The position numbers and the translations under genes are program-made. The notes beneath the pieces were generated by a model that saw only the letters and a list, made by a program, of their open reading frames with translations, had not been told where the DNA came from and made no database searches. Shown piece by piece: positions 24,762 to 36,379 of a stretch of DNA of 64,000 nt; within the stretch, counting starts at the first letter, position 1, and each line of letters starts with the position of its first letter. The DNA comes from Camelus ferus (lineage: Eukaryota). Where the stretch lies: the NCBI RefSeq assembly GCF_009834535.1, contig NC_045697.1, forward strand, positions 40,054,001-40,118,000, read 5' to 3'.

Positions 24762-24970
24762 TAATAATAGCTAACATATAGTGTGTACTTAATAACTGCC
24801 AGACACTTTTCTAAACACTTCACGTGGTTTAATTCATCTTGTCTCCCAGCATCTAGGAGATAGGGATCCCTTTTGTGACAGATGAGGAAACAGGAACTTG
24901 GCCAAGGTGACAAACTATGTAGTTTGTTCTATGTAGTAGAACTGAGATTTTTAAAAAGCCTGACATTCTA
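24762..24970 (-). mobile_element. MIR SINE
   Basis: taataatagctaacatatagtgtgtacttaataactgccagacact...ttttgtgacagatgaggaaacagg. Confidence 0.8.
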
Positions 24971-25440
24971 GGTGAATAATTTCTGTCACACAGGTTTAGG
25001 TGTTATTGTTTACATGTACACGTATCTCCATTAAATGCTCATATGTTTTCTTTTTTCTTTTAAATAGACTATATTTTTTGGAGCAGTTTTAGATTCACAG
25101 AAAATTGAACAGAGCACAGCGTTCCCACATACCCTCTCTCCTCTATAAGCACAGCCTCCCCTGCTATCAACATAGTGCTCCAGAGTAGAACATTTCTTAT
25201 AATCGATGAACTTACATTGGCACGTCATTATCACCCCAAGTCCACAGTTTACATTAGGGTTTATTTTTGGTGTTATACATTCTATGGATCTCTGGATTTT
25301 GACAAATGTATCCAGCACTGCAGTATTGTAGACAAGACTTTCCCTGCTGTAAACATCTCCTTGGCTCCACATACCTCCCTTTCCCATTCCACCTGGCAGC
25401 CATTGACTTCTTACTGTCTGCATGTCATGTAGTTGGAATC

Positions 25441-26049
25441 ATACAATATGCAGTCTTTCCAGACTGGCTTCTTGCACTTAGGAAGATGCATTTAAGGTTC
25501 CTCCAAGTCTTTTCATGGCTTGATAGCTCATTTCTTTTTAGCACTGAATAATATTCCATTGTCTAGAATGGGGGAATTGTTTATTTATCCATTCACTTAC
25601 TGAAAGACACCTTGGTTGCTTCCAAGCTTTGGCAACTATGAATATATAGTTATATTCATCTGCTATAAACATCTGTGTTCAGGTTTCGGTGAGGACTTAA
25701 GTTTTCAACTCACTGGGTAAATACAGAGGAACATGATCACTAGATCTCATGGGACGCGTATGTTTAGTTTTGTAAGAAATTGTGAAACTGTCTTCCAAAG
25801 CGGCTGAAACAACTTGAATTCCCACCAGCAAAAAATGAACATTCCTGGACAACATTTGATATTGTCAGTGTTTTAGAGTTTGGGCTTTCTAATAGGTGTG
25901 TAGTGGTATCTCATTGTTGTTTAAATGTGCAATTCCATAATGACATGTAATGTGGAGTATCTTTTCATATGCTTATCTGTCATCTGTATATCTTCTTTGG
26001 TAAGGTATCTGTTCAGGTCTTTGGCCCAATTTTTAATTGGGCTATTTGT
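25441..26049 (-). repeat. Right arm of the 609-bp perfect inverted repeat
   Basis: Exact reverse complement of 19868-20476; also visible as identical peptides in ORFs 20366(-)/25306(+) and 19732(-)/25925(+). Confidence 0.95.
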
Positions 26050-26466
26050 CCTCTTAGTGTTGAGTTTTAAGAGTTCTTTGGATATTTTGGATAACAGTCA
26101 TGTATCCGATATGTCTTTTGTAGATATTTTCTTCCAGTATGTGGCTTGGTCCTTCATTGTCTTTCTCTATTGATATTTTGTTTTCAATTTTATTATTTCT
26201 CCTCGAATGTTATTATTTCTTTTCCTCTGCTTACTTTGTATTTAATTTTATTTTCTTTTTCTAGTTTCCTAAGGTTGAAGGGCAGATGATTGATTTTAGA
26301 TCTTAATTCCTTGCTAATATATTCATTTACTGCTATAAATTCTCCTCTAAGCACTGCTTTTGCTGCATCACACAAATTTTGATAAGTTGTATTTTCTTTT
26401 TCATTTAGTTCATCTGTTTAATTTCTCTTTAGATTTCTCCCTTACCCATATGTTAAGTGTATTGTT

Positions 26467-26801
26467 AAAAGAAAACAGAAGAAAAACAGACTCATAGATA
26501 CAGAGAACAGATGGATGGTTGTCAGAAGAGAGGGTACTGAGGGGTAAGAAATATGTGAAGTGGATTAAGAGGTACATACTTCCAATTATAAAATAAACAA
26601 ACCATAGGGATATAATATACAACATAAGAAATATGGTCGATAATATTGTAATAACTGTGTGGGGACAGATGGTTACTAGACTTAAATCATGGTGATCATT
26701 TCATAATGTATGCAAATATCAAATCACTAAGTAGTACACCTGAAACTAACATAATATTGTATGTCAGCTATATTTTAATTAAAATAAATAAGATAAAATA
26801 A
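26467..26801 (+). mobile_element. L1MA9-like 3'UTR fragment nested in L1MC
   Basis: cagactcatagatacagagaacagatggatggttgtcaga...gtacacctgaaactaacataatattgtatgtc plus A-rich tail; degenerate TSD aagtgtattgtt/aagagtgttgtt. Confidence 0.85.
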
Positions 26802-28479
26802 AAGAGTGTTGTTTAAATTTTAAATATTTGGGGATTTTTCCAGCTGTCTTTCCAGTTATTGATTTTCTTTTAAATCCATTGTGGTCTGAGCAGAGACATT
26901 GTGTGATTTATATTCTTTTAAATTTTTTAAAGTATGTTTTATGACTTAGAATGTGATCTGTCTTGGTGAATGTTCCATGTGAGCTTGAGAAGAATGTATG
27001 ATCTGCTGTTACTGGAGGAAGTAGTCTATAGATGCCAATTATATCCAGTTGATTGATGGTGCTGTTGAGCTTAGCTATGATTTTACTTAATTTTTACCTG
27101 CTGGATATGTTTATTTCTGACAGAAGGGTGTTAAAGTCTTGAACTATTACTGTGGATTTATCTATTTCTCCTTGCAGTTCTATCAGCTTTGCCTCACATG
27201 TTTTGATGCTCTGTTGTTGGGTATATACATGTTAAAAATTGTTTTATCTTCTTGGAGAATTGACTCCTTTATCATTATGGGATGCACCTTTTTATCCCTG
27301 ATAATTTTCCTTGCTTTGAAGTCAACTCTGTCTGAAATTAACATAGGTACTCCTATTTTCTTTTGACTAATGTTAGAATGGTATATCTTTCTTTCTTTCT
27401 TTTTAATATATATGTGTCTTTATAGTTAAAGAGGGTTCTTACGATAACAGGTAGTTGAATCTTGTTTTTTGATCCACTTTGATTATTTCTTTTAGTTGTA
27501 TTTATATCATTGATGTTTAAAGTGATTATTAATATATTTTGATTAATATCTACCATGTTTGTTATTGTTTTCTATTCATTACCCTTATTCTTTGTTCCTG
27601 TTTTTGTCTCCCATTCTTCTTCTGCCATTTGTGGTCTTAAATGAGCATTTACATGATTCAATTTTCTCTCATTTCTTAGCATATCAATTTTTTAACTTTT
27701 TGAAAACTTTTTTTAGTGATTTTCCTCAAATTTGTAACATACCTTTGCAGTATACATTGAATATACAGGTAACCCAAGTTCACTTTCAAATAACACCATA
27801 TCATTTCTTGGGTTGTGTAAGTACCTCATAATAACAAAATATTCCTGATTTCCAGCCCCCAACTTCCTTTGTATCATTGTTGTCATTCAGTCACTTACAT
27901 ATAAATATGCATAAGCATATATATCCACATTACCAAATTGAATACATTATTGTTATTATTATTTTGAACAAATTGTTCTTTGTTAGATTAATTAAGAGTA
28001 AGAAAGATGAAAGTTTTATTTACTTTTATTTATTCCTTCTTTAATGTTCTTTTTTTTAATTTATATACATCCAAGTTTCTGACCTATATCAATTTCCTTC
28101 TCTCTAAAGAACTTCTTTGAACATTTCTTGCAAGGCTGATATACTGGCAACAAATTCCCTTAGTGTACATCTGAGAAAGTCTTTATTTCTTCTTCACTTT
28201 TGAAGGATAATTCTTTGGAGGGTACAGAATTATAGGTTGGTGGGTTTTTTCCTCTCAACATTTTAAATATTTCTACTTTCTTCTTGCTTGCATAGTTTCT
28301 GAGGAGCAGTGGGATGTAACTTTTTGCTCCTCTATAGGTAAGATACTTTTTTTCCTATGACTTCTTTCAAGAATTGTTCTTTACCTTTGATTTTCTGCAG
28401 TTTGAATGTGATATGCCTAGGTGTAGTTTATTTGGCATTTATCCTGCTTGGTGTTCTCTGAGCTTCCTGTGTTTTGTGA

Positions 28480-28856
28480 TGTTATGGACCAAATGTTTGT
28501 GTCCCCCCCAAATTCAGATGTTGAAGTCCTAACCCATGTGTGATGGTATTAAGAGGTAGGGTCTTTGAGAAGTAATTAACTCATGAGGGTGCAACCTTCA
28601 TGAGTGGGATTAGTGTTCTTATAAAAAGAGCCATGAGAACTTACTCTCTTTCTCTTTGCTGTCTGCCACGGGAAGATACAGCAAGAAGATGTCCATCTAC
28701 AAACCAAGACACAGGTCCTCCCTGGAACTGAATGTGCTGGCACCTTGATCTTGTACTTCTCAGCCTCTGCCTTCAGAACTCTGAAAAATAAATATTTATT
28801 GTTTAAGTCATCCAGTCTATAATAGTGTGTTACAGCAGCCCAGGCTTACTAAGGAA
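28480..28856 (+). mobile_element. MLT1A-type MaLR solo LTR nested in L1MC
   Basis: tgttatggaccaaatgtttgtgtccccccaaattcagatgttgaagtcctaaccc...tgttacagcagcccaggcttactaag. Confidence 0.9.
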
Positions 28857-30251
28857 TGTAGTATGCTGTCTTATCTTAATATGGAGGAAGTTCTCAGTCA
28901 TTATTGCTTCAAATATTGCTTTTGTTTCTTTCCCTCTTTTGATCCTCCCATTATGTGTATGTTACACCTTTTGCAGTTGTACCACAGTTCTTTGATATTC
29001 TGTTCCCTTTTTTCCCAGTCTTTTCTCTTTACTTTCAGTTTCTATTGACGTATCCTCAGGCTCAGAGATTCTTCCTCAGTTGTGTTCAATCTACTAATAA
29101 GCCTATGAAAGACTTTCTTTATTTCTATTCTAGTGTTTTTGTTCTCTAGCATGTCTTATTGATTCTTAGAATTTCCATCTCTGCTTACATTGCCCATCTG
29201 TTCTTGAATATTGTCTACCCTTTCCATTACAGCCCTCAGCATATTAATCATAGTTGTTTTAATTCATGATCTGATAATTCCAAAATCCCTGCCATATCTG
29301 AGGCTGGTTCTGATTCTTGCTCTGTCTCTTCAAACTGTTTTTTTTTATTTTTGTCTATTTGAATGCCTCGTAATTTTTTGCTGAAAGCCAGACATTATGT
29401 CCTAGGTAAAAAGAACTCTGATAAATAGGCCATTAGTGAAGAAGCGGTAAGGTGTGAGGAGAGGGGAAGCATTCTATATAGTCTTATGATTATGTCTCAT
29501 TCCTTAAAAGTGAGCCTGTGCTCTGGGCTGTGAACTTTGCAAGTGCGTCTCAGTTTCTCTCCACCCCCAATCCTGTGCCCTAAACCTTACTTAGATAAGA
29601 CAGGATTCCTGGAGCGGGCTGGAGTTGGGTAGTTCCTTTTTCTGTCATTTAGGCTCTGGTGAAAGAGTTTCTCTTGAGGGCTTTCTTAAGAACAAAATGT
29701 TCTGATGTGTTTCAAAATGGTTACTTTTCCTGCAGGAAGCCCAAGGGGATTTTTGTCTGATCTGTCCTGTGAGAACATGGCAGAATTCCAGGAGGTAAAA
29801 CTCACAAAAGAGAGGAGCCCCTTTGGAATTAATTCACAAACTTGTCTGCTCTGAGCCTCTGGCAATTCGTCAGTTCCTGTTCAGATTCTCCTACCCTGGC
29901 CCTGGCTCCCACAGAGGTTTTTGTTTGTGGGTTTCTTCTCCATCAAGTTGTGATTTCTGTATCTGTCCAATTTTAGGAGAAGCAGTTTACCACATGTCAT
30001 TAATTCTCTGACAGATCTAAGAAAAGCTATTGATTTTCAATGTATTCAGCTGTTTTATTTGTTGTTAGGAAAGAGTGGCGGCTTCCAAGGTCCTTACGTG
30101 TCTGATTGAAATTAGGGAGTCTGCCTGAGTGGTTTTAAATGCCAATTTCTGTCCTGTAACAGTGATGGCAAACACATTTTTTTGTTTGTTTCTATGGCTG
30201 AATTGGTTGTGAAATGACTAATTGATGCTCAAGCAGCAATAATTGATACTT

Positions 30252-33200
30252 GGTAGGGTTGGGGAAGGGAAAGTTTCCCCTTATCCCTCTTGAGTTCTTT
30301 TGATTGGTCTAATAATTGAATTGATACAAGAAAGGTTAACAGGAAAAAATTTAATTTGCATGCACAGAGGTCTCATAGCAATGGGACCCCTGAAGCAACC
30401 AAAGCAGGCTGTTTATATATCATTTTTAAACAAAGAAACAGTTATTTGTGAAGATTTAACAAAACAAAGGAGCTGTGTTTGGGGTAGCAGACTAAAGAAG
30501 GTAAAGTTCTATTTATACAGTTTTCTTAGCCTTGAATTCCCTAACTTTGTTGTTAAGGATGCTTTCTACCCTCCTGGTGTAGGGAGGGTACCTGCACATG
30601 GGGGATTTATTTCCCACTCTCATAGGGAAAGAGAGACTCAGAGCGATTAAAAAAATTTTTTTTCACCAGCTTTTTCTCAAGTAACTTTAATTTAAAATAA
30701 CCGAAATTCCATTGAAGCATATTTTGGAGTGGCCTGTCCTGGGTCCCAAAAGTTCCCTCCCCTGAAACTTCCCTTGAAATTTCGCATATTAAAAATTGAG
30801 CTGTTCCATTTCAATGAACAAGTCTCTTAATCTTGATGATACATCAATTCAGGTAGACTCATTTCAGGAGGTGGTGATGCAGTTGGGCTCTCAAAGTTAG
30901 GCCTCTGGTGCAGACAGGTATTTAATAAGAGGCATTTCTATGGAGACAACAGAAAAGCAATAGTTAATAATTAGGGCAAATTATAGATCAGTTTTTGAGT
31001 TCTGAGGCTGGTCAGCTGAAATTTCTAAATTTCACAGCTGGAGCATCTTTTGTGGTTTGAACGTCTTTGATGTTGTCATCAGATGTTCAGGTAAACATTC
31101 TGAGTGGCCCATATAGCAAGAGGCATGAGGAAGATTGTCTAAACATGAGCTATGTGGTGTTTTTCCAAAGTTTATATTAAGACATCCAGCTTCAATATGT
31201 AGGACTTCAGGAAAAAGGGCAGTTTTAGTTCTCAATGATTGCAAGATAAATGAGTGGGAGAAAATTAGAAATGTTAGCTTGGAGGGTTGTAGTCAAATAT
31301 TGGAGGAAACTAGAAAAATTCAGCATCCAGTCCAGTTTTCAGAAAATACAAAACCTCAAAGAAAATTAATAGCCCTAGAATCTAATATCCACAAGTGTGT
31401 ATTATAGTTTCTACTGAAACAGATTTTTGTCTAAAATCACCCTCATTTTTACCAAAGGTAGCCAAATTAAGACTAATTTGTTGGCAGAATGAGTCTAGAT
31501 TCAATCAACTTGGCCTGGTTATTTACATAAGTACAGCAAGAATAGCTCTTGGCCGCACAGGCTCTTTTAAATCTACTTCGCTGGAACTTTTTATAATGAA
31601 TTTCCAGATTGAACTTTTAATAGCCTCTTGAGGCTGAGGAGCCAAGTCAAACATTTGTCATCAAAATTGGCCTGCGATACCTATAGATTTGAGTGAATTC
31701 CTCTCTTCTTGAGGTCCCTAAAATATTCTGAGGTTGCTGGGCTTGCTAGGAAGTGACCTTCCTTACTCACTTGGTAAGGCACTGGGAATCTGGGTAAGCA
31801 AGGTACCAGGCTGGTTTTCCAAGGGGCTTTATTGGTCCATAAAGTCAAAGCTGTCTGGTCATATCTATGTATGCTCTCTCTCAAATATGTTACTCTAGTC
31901 AAAACTTTAGTAATACAATCAGTGCTTCCAATTGTGTCCTCTTATAAGGAGAACAAATTCTTATTGAACATATGCAAATAACTATATTGCCAAGAAAAGA
32001 AGAATATTCACTGAGAGTTTCTGAATTCTGGAGGGATGAGGCAGGGAGGAAAAGATAAGTGTTTCAATTCTCCTTATAAAGGTATAATTTACCAAATTGT
32101 TCTTAATCAGAATTAGCTTGAGAGAAAAGAGAAAAACTTTTCCTGAAATTTGGAGACACCAAACATTAAAAAATCCATTGTTGGTTCTAATCTTAAAGTC
32201 ATAAAAAATTATAACCATCTTCCTCATTTCATTTAGTCTTATGTAATTCTTATTTTGCTTGATCTTTTGTTAGAAATTTTATGAAGTTATCAGTTTCTCC
32301 ATTCTGTAAATTCTTATCTAATTCAGTGGTATGACTTGAAAGTCCCCAGAAACTTGTATTCTAGAGTACTTGTTAGCTTCCTTTCTATGAATTTCTCTGA
32401 AGATGAAACACATTTGCAGGAAGCTTTTGTAAAAGCATCTGAGTAAAACAATAACTGTTGGTAAATGATAAAAATGTTCGTTATTAAAGACCTCATTCAG
32501 TATGGTGGAATTGACAAGGAAATTTGGTTATCTTTGTGACACACATTTTAAGATGATAACTAGAATTATGACTGATAACATGACATTGGGATATGTCCAA
32601 ACTTTAGGAATTCCATTTAATTTTTAGAGCATTTATATTAATAACTTTTACCCATACAGTATAACCTAGGAAGGTTATATCATCATTTGACAGTGCTTCC
32701 CATATAATTTAACATACCAAATAAACCTAATTAGTTTAAATCTCTCTTTTATGAGAAGAGACTTCATTTAGAATTATGATATTTGGTAAGTTTGTCAAAA
32801 ATATCAAAAGGGTTTTAAAACACTTGGTCAAGTAGGATCATAGATCACTGTGAAATAATACTTAGTTATCCATGACAAAGATTTTGCAGGCAAATACAGA
32901 AAGTTAAATAATTATAAAAGGACTTAGCTCTTTTAATACTGAAAAGACTCAGGTTTTTGTTTTGTTTTCTTTCCCTTTTCTTTTTTTGCTAAGTAATCAG
33001 AGAGATGATTAAGACAAAATATAGGATCTTTGTTTTTCTAGACAGACTACATTAAAGGTAGAGAAAATCTTTGTTTATAATTTCTCATTAAAATCAGACC
33101 AATGATTTAAAAAAAAGTTGTCCTTTTTAACAGAAAAAACCCAAATTTTAATTTTGTACCAGCTGACTTTTGGTATTAAAATTTGTTTACTTAATTAAAT

Positions 33201-33748
33201 TCATTCCAGTCTTAGTCCTAACCATGCAAAAAATTCCAAAGATTCCTTTTTTTACAAACCTATGTCCATTTTAGTTTGCCCCTGTTTTCTTTCCCATTTA
33301 GAAATAATCAGCTTTGTTTTAGAATAAAATCACTTTAATTTCTTTCAAAATGTATTTCCATACCTCAAGCCTTTCACCCCAAAACACGTATCTAATTTTT
33401 CCATGTATACAGAGATGTTTTCCCTGTTATTTTAGTAGCTTTAATTGCATATGTTAATTAGAATTTTTAGCCCTTAGAAACCTTGATTTCTAGTGAAAAC
33501 TAAGAAGTAATCCATTATGAACTGTCTGTTACATTAACATTCTTTAGATTAGCAAATTTCATAATTTTTAGAAACATACATTTTCTCAAAGGGAAATTTT
33601 TCAGTGTAGCACGGTCATCTTTAGTCTTCTGTAATAAGAAGTCAATATCATTTTTTTCCTACAAGCTGTCTTCCAGATAACTTTAATTCAAAATAATCAC
33701 TTTGCCATTGAGGCATATTTTGGGGTAGCTTACCCTGGGGCCCCCACA
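30252..33748 (-). mobile_element. Non-coding ERV1 (MER34/MER4-group-like) provirus: 3' LTR 30252-30750, PPT ~30751-30763, internal sequence, partial 5' LTR 33650-33748
   Basis: Direct repeat taactttaatt.aaaataa...ccattga.gcatattttgg at ~30680-30750 and ~33678-33748; purine tract (reverse complement of gttccctcccct) abutting the left LTR. Confidence 0.75.
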
Positions 33749-34151
33749 GTAAACAGTCATGAGGCAAGATCAACAGTGTTAAGAGGCTGGCCTTGCTTTT
33801 GTGGGCCTGATCACTTGGTCTTTTCAGTGTACTTGTGCTGTTGGGCTTCTAGTTGGTGATTCATGATAATTGAAGTCAAGAAACTGAGATATGAATCAGA
33901 ATGATAATTAATTGATTTTGTTACAGGACATTCCTTTTCATGACTGAGTTACTCAAGTCACCTAAACAGGCACTTCCAGGTATCAGAGTATATATTTGAG
34001 AGCATTTTCATCCAAGTAATGGAAAATGCTTGTGTGAGCTGTTTCAACCCAGAACAGAGAAAAAACTCTTTAGGGACGGGAAGTTTCATGTTGCCCAGAT
34101 CCAGTGTTAAAAGTGTAGTTAATATCCTCAAACTCTCATAATTGTGACTGG

Positions 34152-34345
34152 TAATAATAAAGACACCATTTATGGGGTGATTCTTCTGTGCCAGGAACTG
34201 TGCTAAGCCCTTAATCCTCACAGAATCTTCAGAGACAAAGATGACTACACTTTGGTAGATTAGGAAGGTTAAATGATTTAGTCAAGATCATCACACAGTT
34301 AGTAAAACCCAGATGCAGGATTCAAGTGCAGTCTTCTCTGAGCCC
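34152..34345 (-). mobile_element. MIR SINE
   Basis: taataataaagacaccatttatgggg...tgtgccaggaactgtgctaagc...aggttaaatgatttagtcaagatcatcacacagttagtaa. Confidence 0.75.
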
Positions 34346-34515
34346 ACCATCCACCAAATGGACTCTCAACAATTCTTGGACTGTTCTTTAGTTTTTATCT
34401 GGACCAAATCCTTTGTGTTAACATATTCGTTTTTCTGATAGGTTACTGTAAGCTAGTTACAGATGATTCAGCTTTAGCTTTGGCCAGTTAATAAAAGTAA
34501 TTGTGAAAATTTACC

Positions 34516-34987
34516 CATGAAATTTTATAACCTATTGTAAAAATTAATAAAGTGAAACCTCACTAAATGAAGTTGGGAGGCCAGAGTGGGGAGCCCTGGT
34601 GCAGTACAACCCCACATCTACTACAGGAAGAACTGTCAGTTACAGAGCCCAAAAGAAGAATCATCAACAGAAAAGAATCATCAGTTACAGGCTCCAGCAG
34701 GAAAAGGTATACATTGCATGGCCTATAAGAAATCCACTACCCTAGCAACTCAGCCAATGAGAAACCACCATCACCCCAAACTCTGACTTTTCTCCAAAGG
34801 ACTCATTCAAAAGAACCTCTCCTGACTACTCCTGTTTTCTGTATAAAATAATGTTCCTCTGCTTTGCTCGTTGGACTTGCCTATGGTTTTTGCCATGGCT
34901 TGCTTGTCCTGAATTGTAATTCTCTGCTATTCCCCAGATAAACCCATTTTTGCCAATGAAATAACTGACTTATTTCTAAGGTCAACA
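34516..34987 (+). mobile_element. ERV1 solo LTR (MER90-like)
   Basis: TG...CA termini (tgtaaaaattaataaa...aaggtcaaca), CCAAT (cagccaatga), TATA (gtataaaa), flanks ctat/ctag. Confidence 0.7.
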
Positions 34988-35084
34988 CTAGAGTGTTTTA
35001 AACATATAAAATAAATATAGAGAATATTGTAATAAATAATTATGTACCCACTGTGAGGATTTTTAGACATTAGCATCAGTCTGT

Positions 35085-35345
35085 TCTCTACAAAGAAATT
35101 CTTTTCAAATATAAATCAAGTCAAGTCAGTTTTCTTCTCAAAACCTCCATTGGCTTTCTACGTCTAAATAAAAGCTCAAAGTACCAATCAATGAGCCACC
35201 AGGCCCTACACCATCTGCCTCCCCATTAGTGCTCACCCCATCTCCTTCCATTCTCCCTCCCGTTACTGATACCTTAGCCAATTTACCTTGCTGTGCCTTG
35301 AAGATTCCAAGCACTTCCAATCTCAGAGCTTTGGGTCTACGGCTC
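35085..35345 (+). mobile_element. L2 fragment
   Basis: ctcaaaacctccattggctttctacgtctaaataaaagctcaaagtacc. Confidence 0.75.
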
Positions 35346-35369
35346 CCTCTGTACCATTACTCTGATCTC

Positions 35370-35625
35370 AGTATACTCATTAGAATTACGTTCAGTGGTA
35401 AGATAGTGATATAAAACAATGTAGATGTTTATCTCTCATGTTCAGGAAATCCAGAGGTAGGCATTGCAGAGGTAGTATAACAATTCCATGGTTTCAAGAA
35501 CTCTCATTCTTTCTATGTTGTTGCTTTGTCATACATGGCTTCTATTCCCAGTCATCTCGCTGTCCAAGATAGCCACAGGAATGCCAGTCACACTTGGATT
35601 TCCAGCCAACAGGGAAAAAGGAAGT
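35370..35625 (-). mobile_element. Old MaLR (MLT1-type) LTR fragment
   Basis: aaatccagaggtaggcattgcagag...gtccaagatagccacaggaatgccagtcacac. Confidence 0.55.
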
Positions 35626-36379
35626 GGGAAAGAGCACTCTATGTTTCTATGAAATGTGGGGTAAAGGAGGAAATGGAACACCTGATTTTTAAAAATGTTT
35701 TACAAAGTTAAACCTTTGCTGTCTAAATAAAATCTCATCTACCTTTGTGGGAGCCTTGAGAGCAATAATAAACTAAATAAATTCTTTTAAACTGAAAAAC
35801 TGTAAAAATATAGTTAAGCTTGATCTTTTTGTACCACCTGTGGCCCAAGAGAGTTGTTTTTTTTTTTCCTGTTTTAAAACAGAAACATTTTTTAAAATTA
35901 AAAGTAAATAACAAATCCAATGTATTAAAAATATATTTATTATTTATATGTTAAAATTTATACATTTAATTGTTAGGAAGTGAATCAATAAAACTACTAT
36001 TTTTGAAGAACAGAAAAGTGTTGTGGAAAGGGTTTATTACAGTTGCAAAAACCCTCTGGAATGAATTTAATTTCTGCATTTGGTTGTACTGTATTGAGAA
36101 AAATCTGATTAACAGACTAGTAATTGGAGATGATTTCAGGTTTTTGTATTGCTTTGTTCATCTTACAATTTTATGATTTTCTCTTATTAAACAGATGACA
36201 GGAGAAGATTTACTCTGAGATACGTATACAAATGACACAAGTCAACACATAGGCTTTCAATTTGGTAGATAGTACATGAGAGGGCACAGTAGTAAGTATG
36301 TTTTTATACAATTTCTTTAATGTTTTAAATAAATAAATAAATACATATATATATTTAAAATGAACTATTGTAATTTTTA

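Larger units (their letters stand above)
25050..30120 (-). mobile_element. L1MC1-type LINE-1 with 5' end, ORF1/EN remnants and a large internal ORF2 deletion (copy B of the inverted pair); interrupted by an L1MA9-like tail and an MLT1A LTR
   Basis: 3'UTR homologous to copy A; EN-linker peptide CDAAKAVLRGEFIAVNEYI at 26193-26375; 5'-end-like gagtggcggcttccaaggtccttacgtg near 30075-30120. Confidence 0.8.
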
